Source of the DNA: an uncultured Chloroflexia bacterium
GTDB lineage: Bacteria > Chloroflexota > Anaerolineae > JAAYZQ01
DNA length: 64,000 nucleotides
Direction of reading: 5' to 3'
Assembly: GCA_963700285.1 (NCBI GenBank)
Contig: CAVOXA010000001.1
Span: forward strand, 928,001-992,000
Shown piece after piece: positions 11,513-21,279 of the stretch. The notes beneath the pieces were generated by a model that searched no databases, was not told the origin of the DNA, and saw only the letters and a list, made by a program, of their open reading frames with translations. A program made the translations under genes and the position numbers. The stretch's first letter is position 1, and every line of letters starts with the position of its first letter.

Positions 11513-11541
11513 ATTATAGCGGCGAATCAAGGCCTTGTCAA
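11513..11541 (-). promoter_or_regulatory. Consensus sigma70 promoter of the M42 operon
   Basis: Perfect TTGACA-17 bp-TATAAT on the minus strand, 47 nt upstream of the GTG at 11466. Confidence 0.85.
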
Positions 11542-11645
11542 ACGCATCCACGCTCAATGGCCGGGCAATCGCTTTCGAGTCAAAGTGTACAACTCGTCGC
11601 TCCGGTCCCCGACGTGATAGCCCCAGAGCCCCGCAACTGTACCCC

Positions 11646-11674
11646 TTGACTTTTGGCGCCTTTCCCAGTAGAAT
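11646..11674 (+). promoter_or_regulatory. Sigma70-type promoter of the transglutaminase-like gene (divergent)
   Basis: TTGACT-17 bp-TAGAAT. Confidence 0.7.
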
Positions 11675-11856
11675 GAACCCGACACGCACGTTGGGCGTTA
11701 TTCGTATGTACTCTGGATGGTCACCAAAAAGGCCAGTTTGGGCTGGTCCTCCGGTTGACCTTCCTACGGTGGAGGACCAATAGTCCCGCGTACAACTCGC
11801 CATGGCGAGATCCGGGCGACGGCTCTATCCTGCCCTCGTCCCTAGAAAGCAAAGAT

Positions 11857-14205
11857 ATGTTTCCTGAACTGGAACTGAAGGAAGGTTGGGCAACCGTTGC
11901 CCTATTGTTGATCATCCTGTTCTTCGTTGCCTGGTCGATCCAGACAGCGGGCTGGACGGGAGGGCTCTCTATTCTGCAAGCCATCGTGTTGGTCGGTGGT
12001 GTGATCGGCATCGTGCTGGCCAAGAGTCGAGTACCGAGCATCACGGCCCACCTGTTGTCCATCCTGGCGGCCTTTACCTGGACCGCCTTTCTGGCTAGCA
12101 GGGTTTTGGGCAATGCTTTGGATCTGCCGGTAGAGGCTGCTGTCATCGAACTGGATCGGCTGCTTGTGGCTTGGATCACGGACGTGTTCAATGGCGGAAC
12201 GAGTCCCGGGAACTACCCATTTCTTTTGCTCCTTGGGATTCTCCTATGGTTTGTTGCCTATGTCAGTGCCTGGGCGATATTCCGGTGGCAGCGCGTTTGG
12301 TTGGCCGTGATCCTGTGTGGCGTGGCCTTGATGGTGAATATCACATACGCACCCAAGAACCTGACCGGTTACCTCATCGCCTTTGTCATGTTTGCCCTGC
12401 TTCTGGTAGTGCGCACGAGCCTCGCCCTTTACCAGCATGAGTGGCGTGTGGCCAAGGTTGGCTATAGTCCAGAATTGGTCTATGCTTTCTTTCGTGCCGG
12501 TTTGACCGTCACTGTGGTGGCGATTCTCCTCGCCTGGGTGGCTCCCGCTGCCCTGGCCAGCCGTCCCATGCAGGAGGTCTGGGACAAAGTCACGCAGCCC
12601 TGGCAGCAGTTGAAGGACGAGTCCACCCGCCTGTTTCAGGATCTTAACTACCAAAACAAACCTGCCACAGTCTATTTTGCCCGGGCAATGAAGTTTGGTG
12701 GAGCGGTAGAATTGACGGACGCGCCGGTGCTGGACATAAGGGCCAGTACGGGACGGTACTGGCGGGTCATGGCCTTCCACGAGTACATGGGTGATGGCTG
12801 GAACAATACAGACTATAGCACGATTCTGATCGAAGAGAACGATCCGAGGCTCGTCGGTCCCGAGTTCGAGTTGCGGCGAGAGGTGACACAAACCATTACT
12901 CTGCACCAGAACTTTGGGACTCAGGGCCCCATCGCCGCTGCCAGTCAGCCCTTGCGATCGGGACTCCCATTGCAGGCCGTGGTGAGCTATGTGGCGCTGG
13001 AGGAAGAAGCGGATGAAGCAGCGGATGAAGCAGCCGGCCTGGTGCCCCCGTCTCCTGTCCCCAGTGACGCCTCTGTGCTCTATTCGCGCATCCCGCTCAA
13101 CGCGGGCGATTCTTACCAGGTGGTTTCCTCCCTTTCCCGGGCCGATATGGAATCTCTGGGAGAAGCTGAAGTAGAGTATCCGGACTGGGTGGTGCCCCGC
13201 TACCTGCAGTTACCCGCTTCGATGCCTGAGCGCATTGTAGACCTGGCGGAAGAGGTCACGGCCGGGAGCGAGACACCCTACGAAAAGGCCCAGGCCATCG
13301 AAGCTTATCTGCGCAAGATCCCGTACAATGAGCAGATCGAGGGACCGGCAGAAGACCAGGATGGTGTTGATTACTTTCTCTTTGAGGCCCGGGAGGGATA
13401 CTGCGACTACTATGCTTCGTCCATGGTTGTCATGCTCCGGTCGGTGGGCGTCCCGGCGCGCTACGTTCGGGGCTATAGTCAGGGGACAAAGCAGGACGGC
13501 GTCTATCACGTCCTGGAATTGGATGGCCATGCCTGGCCCGAGGTCTTTTTCCCTGGCTATGGCTGGGTCGAATTTGAGCCTACCGCCGGGGAGCCGGTTC
13601 TCGTTCGCCCCAGATCACAGGATTCCGCGGCCGGTAGTCAGAATGCTGCGAACAGTCCTGGGCCTGACCGCGATGAACGAATGGAAGCCATGTTCGAGGA
13701 CGAGGGCTTTGCGCCGATGTCCGGACCCGCGCCTGCGACTTTGCTCCAGAAGGTCACACGCTGGGGAGGTTTGGTGCTGGTGGTGCTTGGTCTGAGCCTG
13801 CTGGCAGCGGCCTTGCTCACGGCTCGTCGCCGTCGCCGTGTCGGTGGGCTCAGCGCAGCGGAGCGTGTTTACCTGGATCTCGTCGACTGGGTTGCCCGTT
13901 TGCTCAAGTTGAGCCCGCGGGCTCACCAGACTCCTCACGAGTATGGTTCGGCTGTTGTCGCGCTTGTGCCCGCGGGCCAGCGACCAGTGCGGCGCATCGT
14001 CGATACCTACGTAGGTTACCGGTTTGGGGGCCGGCCTGGAGATGGCGAGCAGGTTGAGCAAGCCTGGAGGGATACCCAGAAAGTCCTGTGGCGCGGCTGG
14101 CTGGAACGAAAGACCGCCAAACTTCTGGCTCTTCCGCGCCGCCTGTTTTCGACTCGATCATCCGAGGCTATGTGGCAGGAGCCGGCTGCCCCCAAGAGGG
14201 AGTGA
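11857..14205 (+). CDS. TgpA-like membrane protein with transglutaminase-like domain
   Basis: Multiple N-terminal TM segments; GYCDYYAS (catalytic Cys), PARYVRGY, HAWPEVFFPGYGWVEFEPT; C-terminal TPHEY motif. The called ORF starts at 11755; the ATG at 11857 is more likely. Confidence 0.88.
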   Translation: MFPELELKEGWATVALLLIILFFVAWSIQTAGWTGGLSILQAIVLVGGVIGIVLAKSRVPSITAHLLSILAAFTWTAFLASRVLGNALDLPVEAAVIELDRLLVAWITDVFNGGTSPGNYPFLLLLGILLWFVAYVSAWAIFRWQRVWLAVILCGVALMVNITYAPKNLTGYLIAFVMFALLLVVRTSLALYQHEWRVAKVGYSPELVYAFFRAGLTVTVVAILLAWVAPAALASRPMQEVWDKVTQPWQQLKDESTRLFQDLNYQNKPATVYFARAMKFGGAVELTDAPVLDIRASTGRYWRVMAFHEYMGDGWNNTDYSTILIEENDPRLVGPEFELRREVTQTITLHQNFGTQGPIAAASQPLRSGLPLQAVVSYVALEEEADEAADEAAGLVPPSPVPSDASVLYSRIPLNAGDSYQVVSSLSRADMESLGEAEVEYPDWVVPRYLQLPASMPERIVDLAEEVTAGSETPYEKAQAIEAYLRKIPYNEQIEGPAEDQDGVDYFLFEAREGYCDYYASSMVVMLRSVGVPARYVRGYSQGTKQDGVYHVLELDGHAWPEVFFPGYGWVEFEPTAGEPVLVRPRSQDSAAGSQNAANSPGPDRDERMEAMFEDEGFAPMSGPAPATLLQKVTRWGGLVLVVLGLSLLAAALLTARRRRRVGGLSAAERVYLDLVDWVARLLKLSPRAHQTPHEYGSAVVALVPAGQRPVRRIVDTYVGYRFGGRPGDGEQVEQAWRDTQKVLWRGWLERKTAKLLALPRRLFSTRSSEAMWQEPAAPKRE

Positions 14206-14223
14206 CGCTGTCCGATCAGAAGG

Positions 14224-14505
14224 TCAGAAGGTTTGCGACAAAAGACCGACAAGGATCCGGCGTACAATCTCCAGGATGATGAGCGCGACGATGGGGCTGA
14301 TATCGACCGTGCCGCCCACCGGAGGGATCAACCGCTGGAGGGGTTTCAGCACCGGGTCGGTGACCCGGTACAGGAGCTGGATAACAGGATGAGCGATCCT
14401 GGGCTGGTAGGGATTCGTATTCACCCAGGAAAGCAGTACGCGGATCAGGATCAGAAAAACGTACAACTGAAAGATGAATGAGACGATAGAAGCCAGGCTC
14501 GGCAT
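14224..14505 (-). CDS. yggT: YggT/YlmG family membrane protein
   Basis: IRVLLSW...VTDPVLKPLQRLIPP...DISPIVA; lies directly after yggS. Confidence 0.92.
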   Translation of the reverse strand: MPSLASIVSFIFQLYVFLILIRVLLSWVNTNPYQPRIAHPVIQLLYRVTDPVLKPLQRLIPPVGGTVDISPIVALIILEIVRRILVGLLSQTF

Positions 14506-14536
14506 ATTCGGGTGAACCCTCCTCGCAGAGTCGTTC

Positions 14537-15271
14537 TCAGCCCTTGCGCCATGGCGTTACCTGAGGCGCAAAGATGGCGCGCCCCACGCGGACAAGGGTA
14601 GCACCCTCTTCGACGGCAACTTCAAAATCGTCGGTCATGCCCATCGACAGGTGGCGCCAGGCCAGATGTGGAAAAGCGGCTCGCAGAGCATCGCGCAGCT
14701 TCCGGAGACGGATGAAAACAGGTCGCGCCTCTTCTTCGCTGGAGATGATGGGCGCCATAGTCATGAGGCCGTCAACCTGGAGGTGGGGCAGGGCGACGAT
14801 TTCCTCCATCTCGGCCATCAGCGTCTCTGGGACTGGATCCCCCTCGGCCCAGCGGTCAGCGGCAAAACCATACTTGCTGGCCTCACCGGAGACGTTGAAT
14901 TCTAGCAGCACTGGCAGGGGCGCTGGCAGGTCTACACACAGCCTGTCCAGTCGACGGGCCAACGTGACGCTGTCCATCGAGTGGATGAGATCAAAGCGGG
15001 GTACAACCCGCCTGGCTTTACGGCCCTGTACGTGGCCGATCATGTGCCATACGATCTCAGCCGGGAGACCTTCCATTTTTTCTTCAGCTTCCTCGATCCG
15101 ATTCTCGCCAAAATGACGCAATCCCAGGTTATAGGCCGCGCGTATCACCTCGGGCGGTTGGGTCTTGGTCACGGCCACGAGGGTGATCTCGGCGGGATCG
15201 CGTCCGGCTCGTGCTGCGGCCGCGACGATCCGGGCCTGGACGGCCAGCAGGTTGGCCTCCAGTTGGGTCAT
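14537..15271 (-). CDS. yggS: PLP homeostasis protein YggS
   Basis: LVAVTK, FGENR, WHMIGHVQ, GLMTM, LSMGMTDDF, VRVGRAIF. Confidence 0.95.
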   Translation of the reverse strand: MTQLEANLLAVQARIVAAAARAGRDPAEITLVAVTKTQPPEVIRAAYNLGLRHFGENRIEEAEEKMEGLPAEIVWHMIGHVQGRKARRVVPRFDLIHSMDSVTLARRLDRLCVDLPAPLPVLLEFNVSGEASKYGFAADRWAEGDPVPETLMAEMEEIVALPHLQVDGLMTMAPIISSEEEARPVFIRLRKLRDALRAAFPHLAWRHLSMGMTDDFEVAVEEGATLVRVGRAIFAPQVTPWRKG

Positions 15272-16179
15272 GGGTTGTCTCCTGAAAACTCCTGGAAGGA
15301 AGGAAGCCCTGGTGGGTGGAGCGATTTGGGCTGTGTCGTATCCTCTGGTTCCAATCCTGCTTTGGATACCTGGCTGCTCCCACTAGCCTCGTCAGAAAGG
15401 CGCACCCTTAGATAGGCTACGACGGCAAATCGCCCGGTCCGGCCTGCGTCGGCGCGGTGTGAAAAAAAGATGTCGTTGTGACAGGCTGTGCACAGATGGG
15501 CCTGCTCTATCTTGGGAACGCCGGCCGCAGCAAGCTGTTGGGCATTGGCCGCGGATAGGTCGAGGTGCCATCCATCCTCTTCCTGGCGCATTGCCTGGTG
15601 CCAATCGGGCAGCACATAGCCCATCGCCGAGGCAACGTTGTGTCCAACGGTATAACAACAGGGACCGATGGCCGGACCCAGGCCGGCGATCAGGTCCTGT
15701 GGACGCGATCCAAAGGTCTCCTGCATCGTCTCGACCGCGCGGCGGGCGATGGCCTGAGCCACCCCGCGCCAGCCGGCGTGGATGAGCCCCAGGGCGTGCA
15801 CCACCGGATCGTAGAGAAGGATGGGCTGGCAGTCGGCAAAGCGGAGCAAGAGCGCGACGCCGGGAATGTTGGTGACGAGCCCGTCGGTATTGGGCAGTTC
15901 CGTACCCACATCCTCCACAGTGACTGCTGCCACCCGGCTGCTGTGGACCTGGACTGGCGTAGCCACCTGGTCCGCGCCCAGCGACAGATGGGCGTAGATG
16001 CGGGCGTGGTTCGTGGCCACTGCTCCCGGCTCGTCGCCTACGCCATGCCCAACGTTCAGCGTGTCGAAAGGCGGAGAACTGATACCCCCCAGCCTGGTGA
16101 ATACCGCGTGAACCAGGCCGTCTAGGGCCAGAGTCTCAAAATGATAGGTTGTGAGACTTGTACCATTCTGACGTAGCAA
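15268..16179 (-). CDS. pgeF: Peptidoglycan editing factor PgeF / YfiH (purine nucleoside phosphorylase-like)
   Basis: FTRLGG, QVH, DGLVT, ADCQPILL, HAGWRG, GPAIGPCCY, FFSHR. Confidence 0.92.
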   Translation of the reverse strand: MLRQNGTSLTTYHFETLALDGLVHAVFTRLGGISSPPFDTLNVGHGVGDEPGAVATNHARIYAHLSLGADQVATPVQVHSSRVAAVTVEDVGTELPNTDGLVTNIPGVALLLRFADCQPILLYDPVVHALGLIHAGWRGVAQAIARRAVETMQETFGSRPQDLIAGLGPAIGPCCYTVGHNVASAMGYVLPDWHQAMRQEEDGWHLDLSAANAQQLAAAGVPKIEQAHLCTACHNDIFFSHRADAGRTGRFAVVAYLRVRLSDEASGSSQVSKAGLEPEDTTQPKSLHPPGLPSFQEFSGDNP

Positions 16180-16519
16180 AGCCCTAGTCCTCTCTACAGG
16201 GGGCCAGTTTCGCAGGTGGTCTGCCAGCAGGCAATCCCTTACTCTACCCTGACCCCCTGGATTATACTATAGAAGCTGGCGGATCCCAAAAAGGGGAGGC
16301 AGGCGTGTGGTGTGAGATACCCTGTCCCCGTGAGCCCTCCTTCCGCTGGGGACACTTGACTGCGCAGAGCCCAAAAGCCGAGCAAAAAAGGGCAGCCCAG
16401 GACCAGGAGCATCTGCTCAAGATCCTGGCTGGACGAACGAGATCACCCTACCGACGGAGTCGGAGGGACGTTGATAGGGCTGCTGCATTGTCCCTTGACA
16501 TGCACTGCCAGTCAGATCT

Positions 16520-16599
16520 GTCATTGCGAGGCGCGCTGTTTGCGTCGTGGCAATCCCCAGGGCACAAGTGGAGATCGCTTCGCTGACTCTCGCGATGAC
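16520..16599. repeat. GTCATTGCGAG-type palindromic (REP/RPE-like) element
   Basis: GTCATTGCGAG...GCAATC...GAGATCGCTTCG...CTCGCGATGAC; the termini are inverted repeats. Confidence 0.65.
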
Positions 16600-16636
16600 G
16601 ACTTTGCAACAGCCGTAGGGACGTTGACGGGCAACC

Positions 16637-16665
16637 TTGACAAACTACAGCGATCGTAGTACAAT
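16637..16665 (+). promoter_or_regulatory. Sigma70 promoter of the MFS pair (start of the island)
   Basis: TTGACA-17 bp-TACAAT. Confidence 0.8.
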
Positions 16666-16668
16666 AGA

Positions 16669-16688
16669 AATGAAATACGTATTTCATT
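16669..16688. promoter_or_regulatory. Operator copy 1 (probable IclR-family site)
   Basis: Perfect 20-bp palindrome AATGAAATACGTATTTCATT overlapping the predicted +1. Confidence 0.75.
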
Positions 16689-16718
16689 AAGCAAAACACC
16701 TTATGCTCTTGCCGTGGA

Positions 16719-16729
16719 AGGTCTGACCA
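16719..16729. promoter_or_regulatory. Candidate FadR-subfamily GntR operator
   Basis: AGGTCTGACCA, 10/11 identical to TGGTCTGACCA upstream of the GntR gene. Confidence 0.5.
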
Positions 16730-16907
16730 TCTGATCATTTCCCTCCATCGGGCCTCAAGAGATCGGGATAGACGCTCGCAGGGCGCAGGTAGAGATGTTT
16801 CCGTGACCGGCATTCTGGCTAGCCTGAGACTTGATCGCGCAGTAGATAACCACTAGGTGGCGATGGCTGCAAGCATCGAGGATGGCGCTTGCGAAAGAGG
16901 GCCCAAG

Positions 16908-18141
16908 ATGAGACTCAGCCTGACAGACAGGGCATCCGGCGCCGCAAGAGAGAATCAAGGGATACTCAGCTATGGGCTGTTCGTCATGGCCCTGACGCAC
17001 ATGCTCACAGACGTATTTACCCGCATCCACACGACGCTATTCCCCGTTCTTCAGACCGAATTCAGCCTGTCCCTCCAACAATTGGGCCTCATCGCTGCCA
17101 TTCCTGCTCTCTGCCAGGCACTCTTCTCTATCCCCACAGGTCTGCTGGCCGATAGGTTGGGTTCCAGGCTGATGATCATCATCGCGCTTGTGGTCGCCAC
17201 CAGTGGTACCCTTCTTGGCCAGCCAGGCTCTCACCCCCGTCATGTTGATCGTCGCCGTTAGCCTCGTATACATCAATACCACCGTGTACCACCCTGCGGC
17301 CTATAGCTTTGTCACCAGGCTCTTTGAACCCAGGACCAGGGTCAAGGCGTTGGGCATCCATGGTGCAGGCGGGTCTTTGGGGGTGGCGCTTGGCCCCATT
17401 TCCATCACCATCTTGATGGGGGTTTTTGCCTTCGGTTGGCGGCAGGTGTACCTCTTTTGGAGCCTGCCCCTCCTCCTGGGTATCGTCGCCGTGCTGTTCC
17501 TCCGATCCGCGCCAGGAGATGACGTGGGGGTGAGCCCAGCTGCTGTCGTTGATGACGGGCGTAGGCCGGGAATCTCCTCGCTGCTTACCCATAGCATGAT
17601 CATGTTCCTGGTCTATGTCGCCGTGCAGTCGATGGCCAACTCGATGAGCCAGTCGTTCATGGCCCTGTACCTCGTTGATAACAGGGGGTTCTCCGGACCT
17701 GCGACCAGTACGCTCATTGGGCTCCATACATTGATGGGAATCGCTGGCGCTGTGTGGGGCGGCTTTCTCGCCGTCCGGTATGGAGAGAAAAGATGGCTAC
17801 TCACCATCCTGTCACTGTCCTACGTCTGCTATGGTCTGGCCATCCTTATCCCCAGCAACACCGCTTTTGTAGTTCTGTACCTGAGCTATGGCTTCTTGAC
17901 CTTCTTGGGCATGGCGGCCACTGCGGCCATTCTGGCCAAGCTATCACCGGGCCGACAGCGGGGGCTGGCCTTCGCCCTGTTCTTCCTGCCGGTCAGTATC
18001 ATGGGTGCCGTGGCGCCCCTCGCGGCGGCATCCATTGGCAACGCCTTGGGGTTGGTCTCTATCTTTTACGCAGCTACATTCTTTTTCTTCCTGAGCCTGG
18101 GTGTGCTGAAGTTTGGCGTCAGACTGAGGCCGTCAGACTGA
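16908..18141 (+). CDS. MFS transporter, paralog 1 (frameshift at ~17215)
   Basis: GLLADRLGSR motif A; collinear with paralog 2. An extra T in CTTCTTGGCC, versus CTTCTGGCC in the paralog, explains the split ORFs. Confidence 0.88.
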
Positions 18142-18175
18142 GCATCGTGAACGACGGTCGCAGAGGAGACCCGGG

Positions 18176-19399
18176 ATGAAGCTCGACGTGGCAGACAGGA
18201 CAGTAGGCACTGTGAAGACGAATCGGTCGATATTCAACTATGGCCTGTACGTCATGACCTTCACGAACATGCTCACCAATGTGTTTGCCTACGTGCATAC
18301 GACCCTATTCCCTGTCCTTCAGGACGAGTTCAGCCTGTCCCTCCAACAGTTGGGCCTCATCGCTGCTATCCCCGCCCTCTGCCAGGCACTCCTGTCTATC
18401 CCAGCGGGGTTGCTGTCCGATCGGTTGGGTTCCAGGCTGATGATCGTGTTCGCACTCGCGGTCGCCACCGGCGGCGCCCTTCTGGCCAGCCAAGTTCTCA
18501 GCCCGGTCATGTTGATTGTCGCCGTCAGTCTCATCTACGTCAACACAACCGTGTACCGCCCCGCCTCTTATAGCTTTGTTACGAGGCTCTTTGAACCCAG
18601 GACCAGGCTCAAGGCATTGGGCATCTTTGGCGCCGGTGGGACCTTGGGCATGGCGCTTGGTCCGATTTCCATCACCATCTTGATGGGGGTCTTTGCTGTC
18701 GGTTGGCGGCAGGTGTACCTCTACTGGTGTCTGCCCCTCCTACTGGGCATTGTCTCTGTGCTGTTCCTGCGCTCGGCGCCAAAGGATGATGTGGTGGTGG
18801 GATCCGCTGCGGGTGGGTATGGGGCAGCAGCCACCACACTGCTCACCTCCAACATGCTCCTGTTCCTGGTCTACCGGGCTATGCGGCTGATGGCGTACTC
18901 GATGAGCCGGACCTTCATGGCTCTGTATCTGGTCGACAGCAGGGGATTTTCCGAATCTGCGACCAGTACTTTGATTGGGCTCAGTACCCTGGTGGGCATC
19001 GCCGGGGCTGTGTTGGGCGGCTTTTTTGCCGTCCGGTACGGAGAGAAGCGGTGGCTTTTCAGCACGCTGTCGCTGGCCTACGTGTGCTTCAGCCTGGCTA
19101 TTCTCGTCCCCAACAAGACGGCCTTTGCCCTCTTTTATCTGGGCTACGGCTTGCTGAGAACTTTGGGCATGGCGGCCAATGCGGCCATCATGGCCCAGCT
19201 GTCACCGGGCAAACAGCGGGGCATGGCCTATGCCCTGTTCTTCCTGCCGGGCAGCATCATGGGCGCCGTGGCGCCCAACATCGCAGCATCCATTGGGGAT
19301 GCTTTTGGGCTGGTAGCCGTCTTTTACGCGACCATCGTCCTGTCCTTCCTGACCCTGGGTGTGCTACAATTCGGTGTCAGGCTCCAGCCATCCGCCTGA
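18176..19399 (+). CDS. MFS transporter, paralog 2
   Basis: GLLSDRLGSR motif A; ~12 hydrophobic segments; 407 aa. Confidence 0.92.
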   Translation: MKLDVADRTVGTVKTNRSIFNYGLYVMTFTNMLTNVFAYVHTTLFPVLQDEFSLSLQQLGLIAAIPALCQALLSIPAGLLSDRLGSRLMIVFALAVATGGALLASQVLSPVMLIVAVSLIYVNTTVYRPASYSFVTRLFEPRTRLKALGIFGAGGTLGMALGPISITILMGVFAVGWRQVYLYWCLPLLLGIVSVLFLRSAPKDDVVVGSAAGGYGAAATTLLTSNMLLFLVYRAMRLMAYSMSRTFMALYLVDSRGFSESATSTLIGLSTLVGIAGAVLGGFFAVRYGEKRWLFSTLSLAYVCFSLAILVPNKTAFALFYLGYGLLRTLGMAANAAIMAQLSPGKQRGMAYALFFLPGSIMGAVAPNIAASIGDAFGLVAVFYATIVLSFLTLGVLQFGVRLQPSA

Positions 19400-19553
19400 G
19401 TACCAGGATCTGAAGACCTGACAGGGCGGAAGCTGCGCTCCCATCTCAGATCGTCGGCGTGACGCGGGTGTATCATCCTTGGATGGTACACGTCCCACAG
19501 GGAAGCCAAAACTCGTCACGTCTGAAAGATTGAAAATTGGCCAAATTGGGGTC

Positions 19554-19582
19554 TTGACAAGTTCAAGCAAATGTGGTATAGT
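19554..19582 (+). promoter_or_regulatory. Sigma70 promoter of the IclR gene
   Basis: TTGACA-17 bp-TATAGT with an extended TG. Confidence 0.8.
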
Positions 19583-19585
19583 GGA

Positions 19586-19605
19586 AATGAAACAGTTGTT
19601 TCATT
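19586..19605. promoter_or_regulatory. Operator copy 2 (probable IclR autoregulatory site)
   Basis: AATGAAACAGTTGTTTCATT: 9-bp inverted arms, at the same offset from the -10 box as copy 1. Confidence 0.75.
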
Positions 19606-19629
19606 AGATGAGCCACCACAAGGGATACG

Positions 19630-20406
19630 ATGTCAAAGCAGGACTATCGAATAGCCGCGGTGGATAAAACGCTCGACATTCTCGAGTTCCTAGCACAGCA
19701 GCGAAAAAAGATGGCGCTGCCAGAACTCAGCGTGGCCTTGGGCATGCCCAAGGCCACGCTGTTTCGTTATATGGTCACCCTCGAGGGCCGGGGCTACGTC
19801 CGAAAAGGCCCCGATGATGACAACTATGCCCTGGGCTTCAAGGTGCTGGAACTTGGCAGCAATATTCTCGCGAATCTGACCCTGCACGAACTCGCCTTGC
19901 CTTACATGAAAGAGCTCCAGACAGAGTTCCACGAGACGGTGAACCTGGGCGTTCTGGATGGGTGTGAGATCGTCTACATCGAGATCCTCGAGAGCCGCAG
20001 AACCTTCAAGATGTCCTCCCGTGTCGGTGGACGGGATATGCCCCACGCCACTTCCCTGGGCAAAGCCATGCTGGCTTTCCTGCCCGAAGAGGAGGTGGAG
20101 AGAATCGCCCTGGCCTGCAACCTGCCAAAGCGTACTGCCAAGACGATCACTTCCCTATCTCAGCTCAAGCACGAGTTGGAGACAATACGGCAGCGTGGCT
20201 TTGCCATAGACGATGGAGAGAACGAGGAAGGGGCCCGCTGCATCGGCGCCCCCATCTTTGAGCGCCGGGGCAACGTGGTCGCCGCGCTTAGCATAGCTGG
20301 TCCCGCCTTCCGTTCACCCGCTACGGGGATCGACGACATGGGAACCGCGCTGATGGCTGCCGCACTGCAGATCTCGCGGGAAATGGGCTATGAGCGTGAG
20401 CCTTGA
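19630..20406 (+). CDS. IclR family transcriptional regulator
   Basis: AVDKTLDILE, HTH MPKATLFRY, ETVNLG, HATSLGKA, GFAIDDGE, IGAPIF. Confidence 0.95.
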   Translation: MSKQDYRIAAVDKTLDILEFLAQQRKKMALPELSVALGMPKATLFRYMVTLEGRGYVRKGPDDDNYALGFKVLELGSNILANLTLHELALPYMKELQTEFHETVNLGVLDGCEIVYIEILESRRTFKMSSRVGGRDMPHATSLGKAMLAFLPEEEVERIALACNLPKRTAKTITSLSQLKHELETIRQRGFAIDDGENEEGARCIGAPIFERRGNVVAALSIAGPAFRSPATGIDDMGTALMAAALQISREMGYEREP

Positions 20407-20451
20407 GCCTTTGGCCCTTTGCACGCCAAATCTCTTTTTTTGTGTTGGGAA

Positions 20452-20462
20452 TGGTCTGACCA
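20452..20462. promoter_or_regulatory. Candidate FadR-subfamily operator upstream of the GntR gene
   Basis: TGGTCTGACCA matches the TGGTCnGACCA pattern typical of FadR-subfamily sites. Confidence 0.6.
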
Positions 20463-20511
20463 ATTGACCATTTCTGCCCCTGGGGCGCCAGGAGACCGGG
20501 AGGGAAATAGA

Positions 20512-21279
20512 ATGGCTGACAGAACTCCGGTAGACTTTGGTATGTTCGAGAGAAGCGCCCTCGCCGAGCAGATCTGTGCCAGGGTTCTTTCGCTCATAGA
20601 AGAGGGGCATCTACGCCCCGGGGACAAGCTGCCCCCCGAGCGGGAGTTGGCCGCAACCATGCAGGTCAGCCGTCCTTCCCTGCGTGAGGCCCTGCGCGCG
20701 CTGTCGGTAATCAACGTCGTCGAGATGCGCCAGGGGGATGGTACCTACGTGACCTCCCTGGAGCCCTCCCTGCTGGTAGAGCACCTGGATTTTGTGTTTT
20801 CGTTGGACGATTCGACTTTTCTTCAATTGCTGGAAGCGCGAAAGGCCCTGGAGCCGGGCATTGCCGCGGCGGCTGCCCGGCGGATTTCTGATAACGAGAT
20901 TGCTGAGCTGGAGGCCTGCCTGGAACGGACCCTGGCCAGTATGGAGGAACCGGTAGCCTTTTTGCAAGCAGACGTGGAGTTGCATTCCAGGATCGCCGCT
21001 GCGGCGCAGAACCCGATCCTGAGCAGGTTCATGGCTACCCTCAGCAGGCTTGGCGAAGCCAGCCGGCAGCGGACGGTAGAGATAGCCGGTATCCGCCAAC
21101 AAACGGTCGCCGATCACCAGGCTGTTGTCTCGGCGCTCAAGGCGCGCGATCCTGCCGGCGCGCACTTGGCCATGTTGCAGCACCTGGACCACGTTCAGCA
21201 GCAGCTCGCAGTAGTATCTGCGGGAACAGATAGGCAACCTGGCCTGATCGGCGAGCGGAGCGGCAACGACAGCGGATAG
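20512..21279 (+). CDS. GntR/FadR family transcriptional regulator (FCD domain)
   Basis: PGDKLPPERELA, VSRPSLREAL, QGDGTYV, ADVELH, NP, DH. ATG at 20512 follows GAGGGA. Confidence 0.93.
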   Translation: MADRTPVDFGMFERSALAEQICARVLSLIEEGHLRPGDKLPPERELAATMQVSRPSLREALRALSVINVVEMRQGDGTYVTSLEPSLLVEHLDFVFSLDDSTFLQLLEARKALEPGIAAAAARRISDNEIAELEACLERTLASMEEPVAFLQADVELHSRIAAAAQNPILSRFMATLSRLGEASRQRTVEIAGIRQQTVADHQAVVSALKARDPAGAHLAMLQHLDHVQQQLAVVSAGTDRQPGLIGERSGNDSG

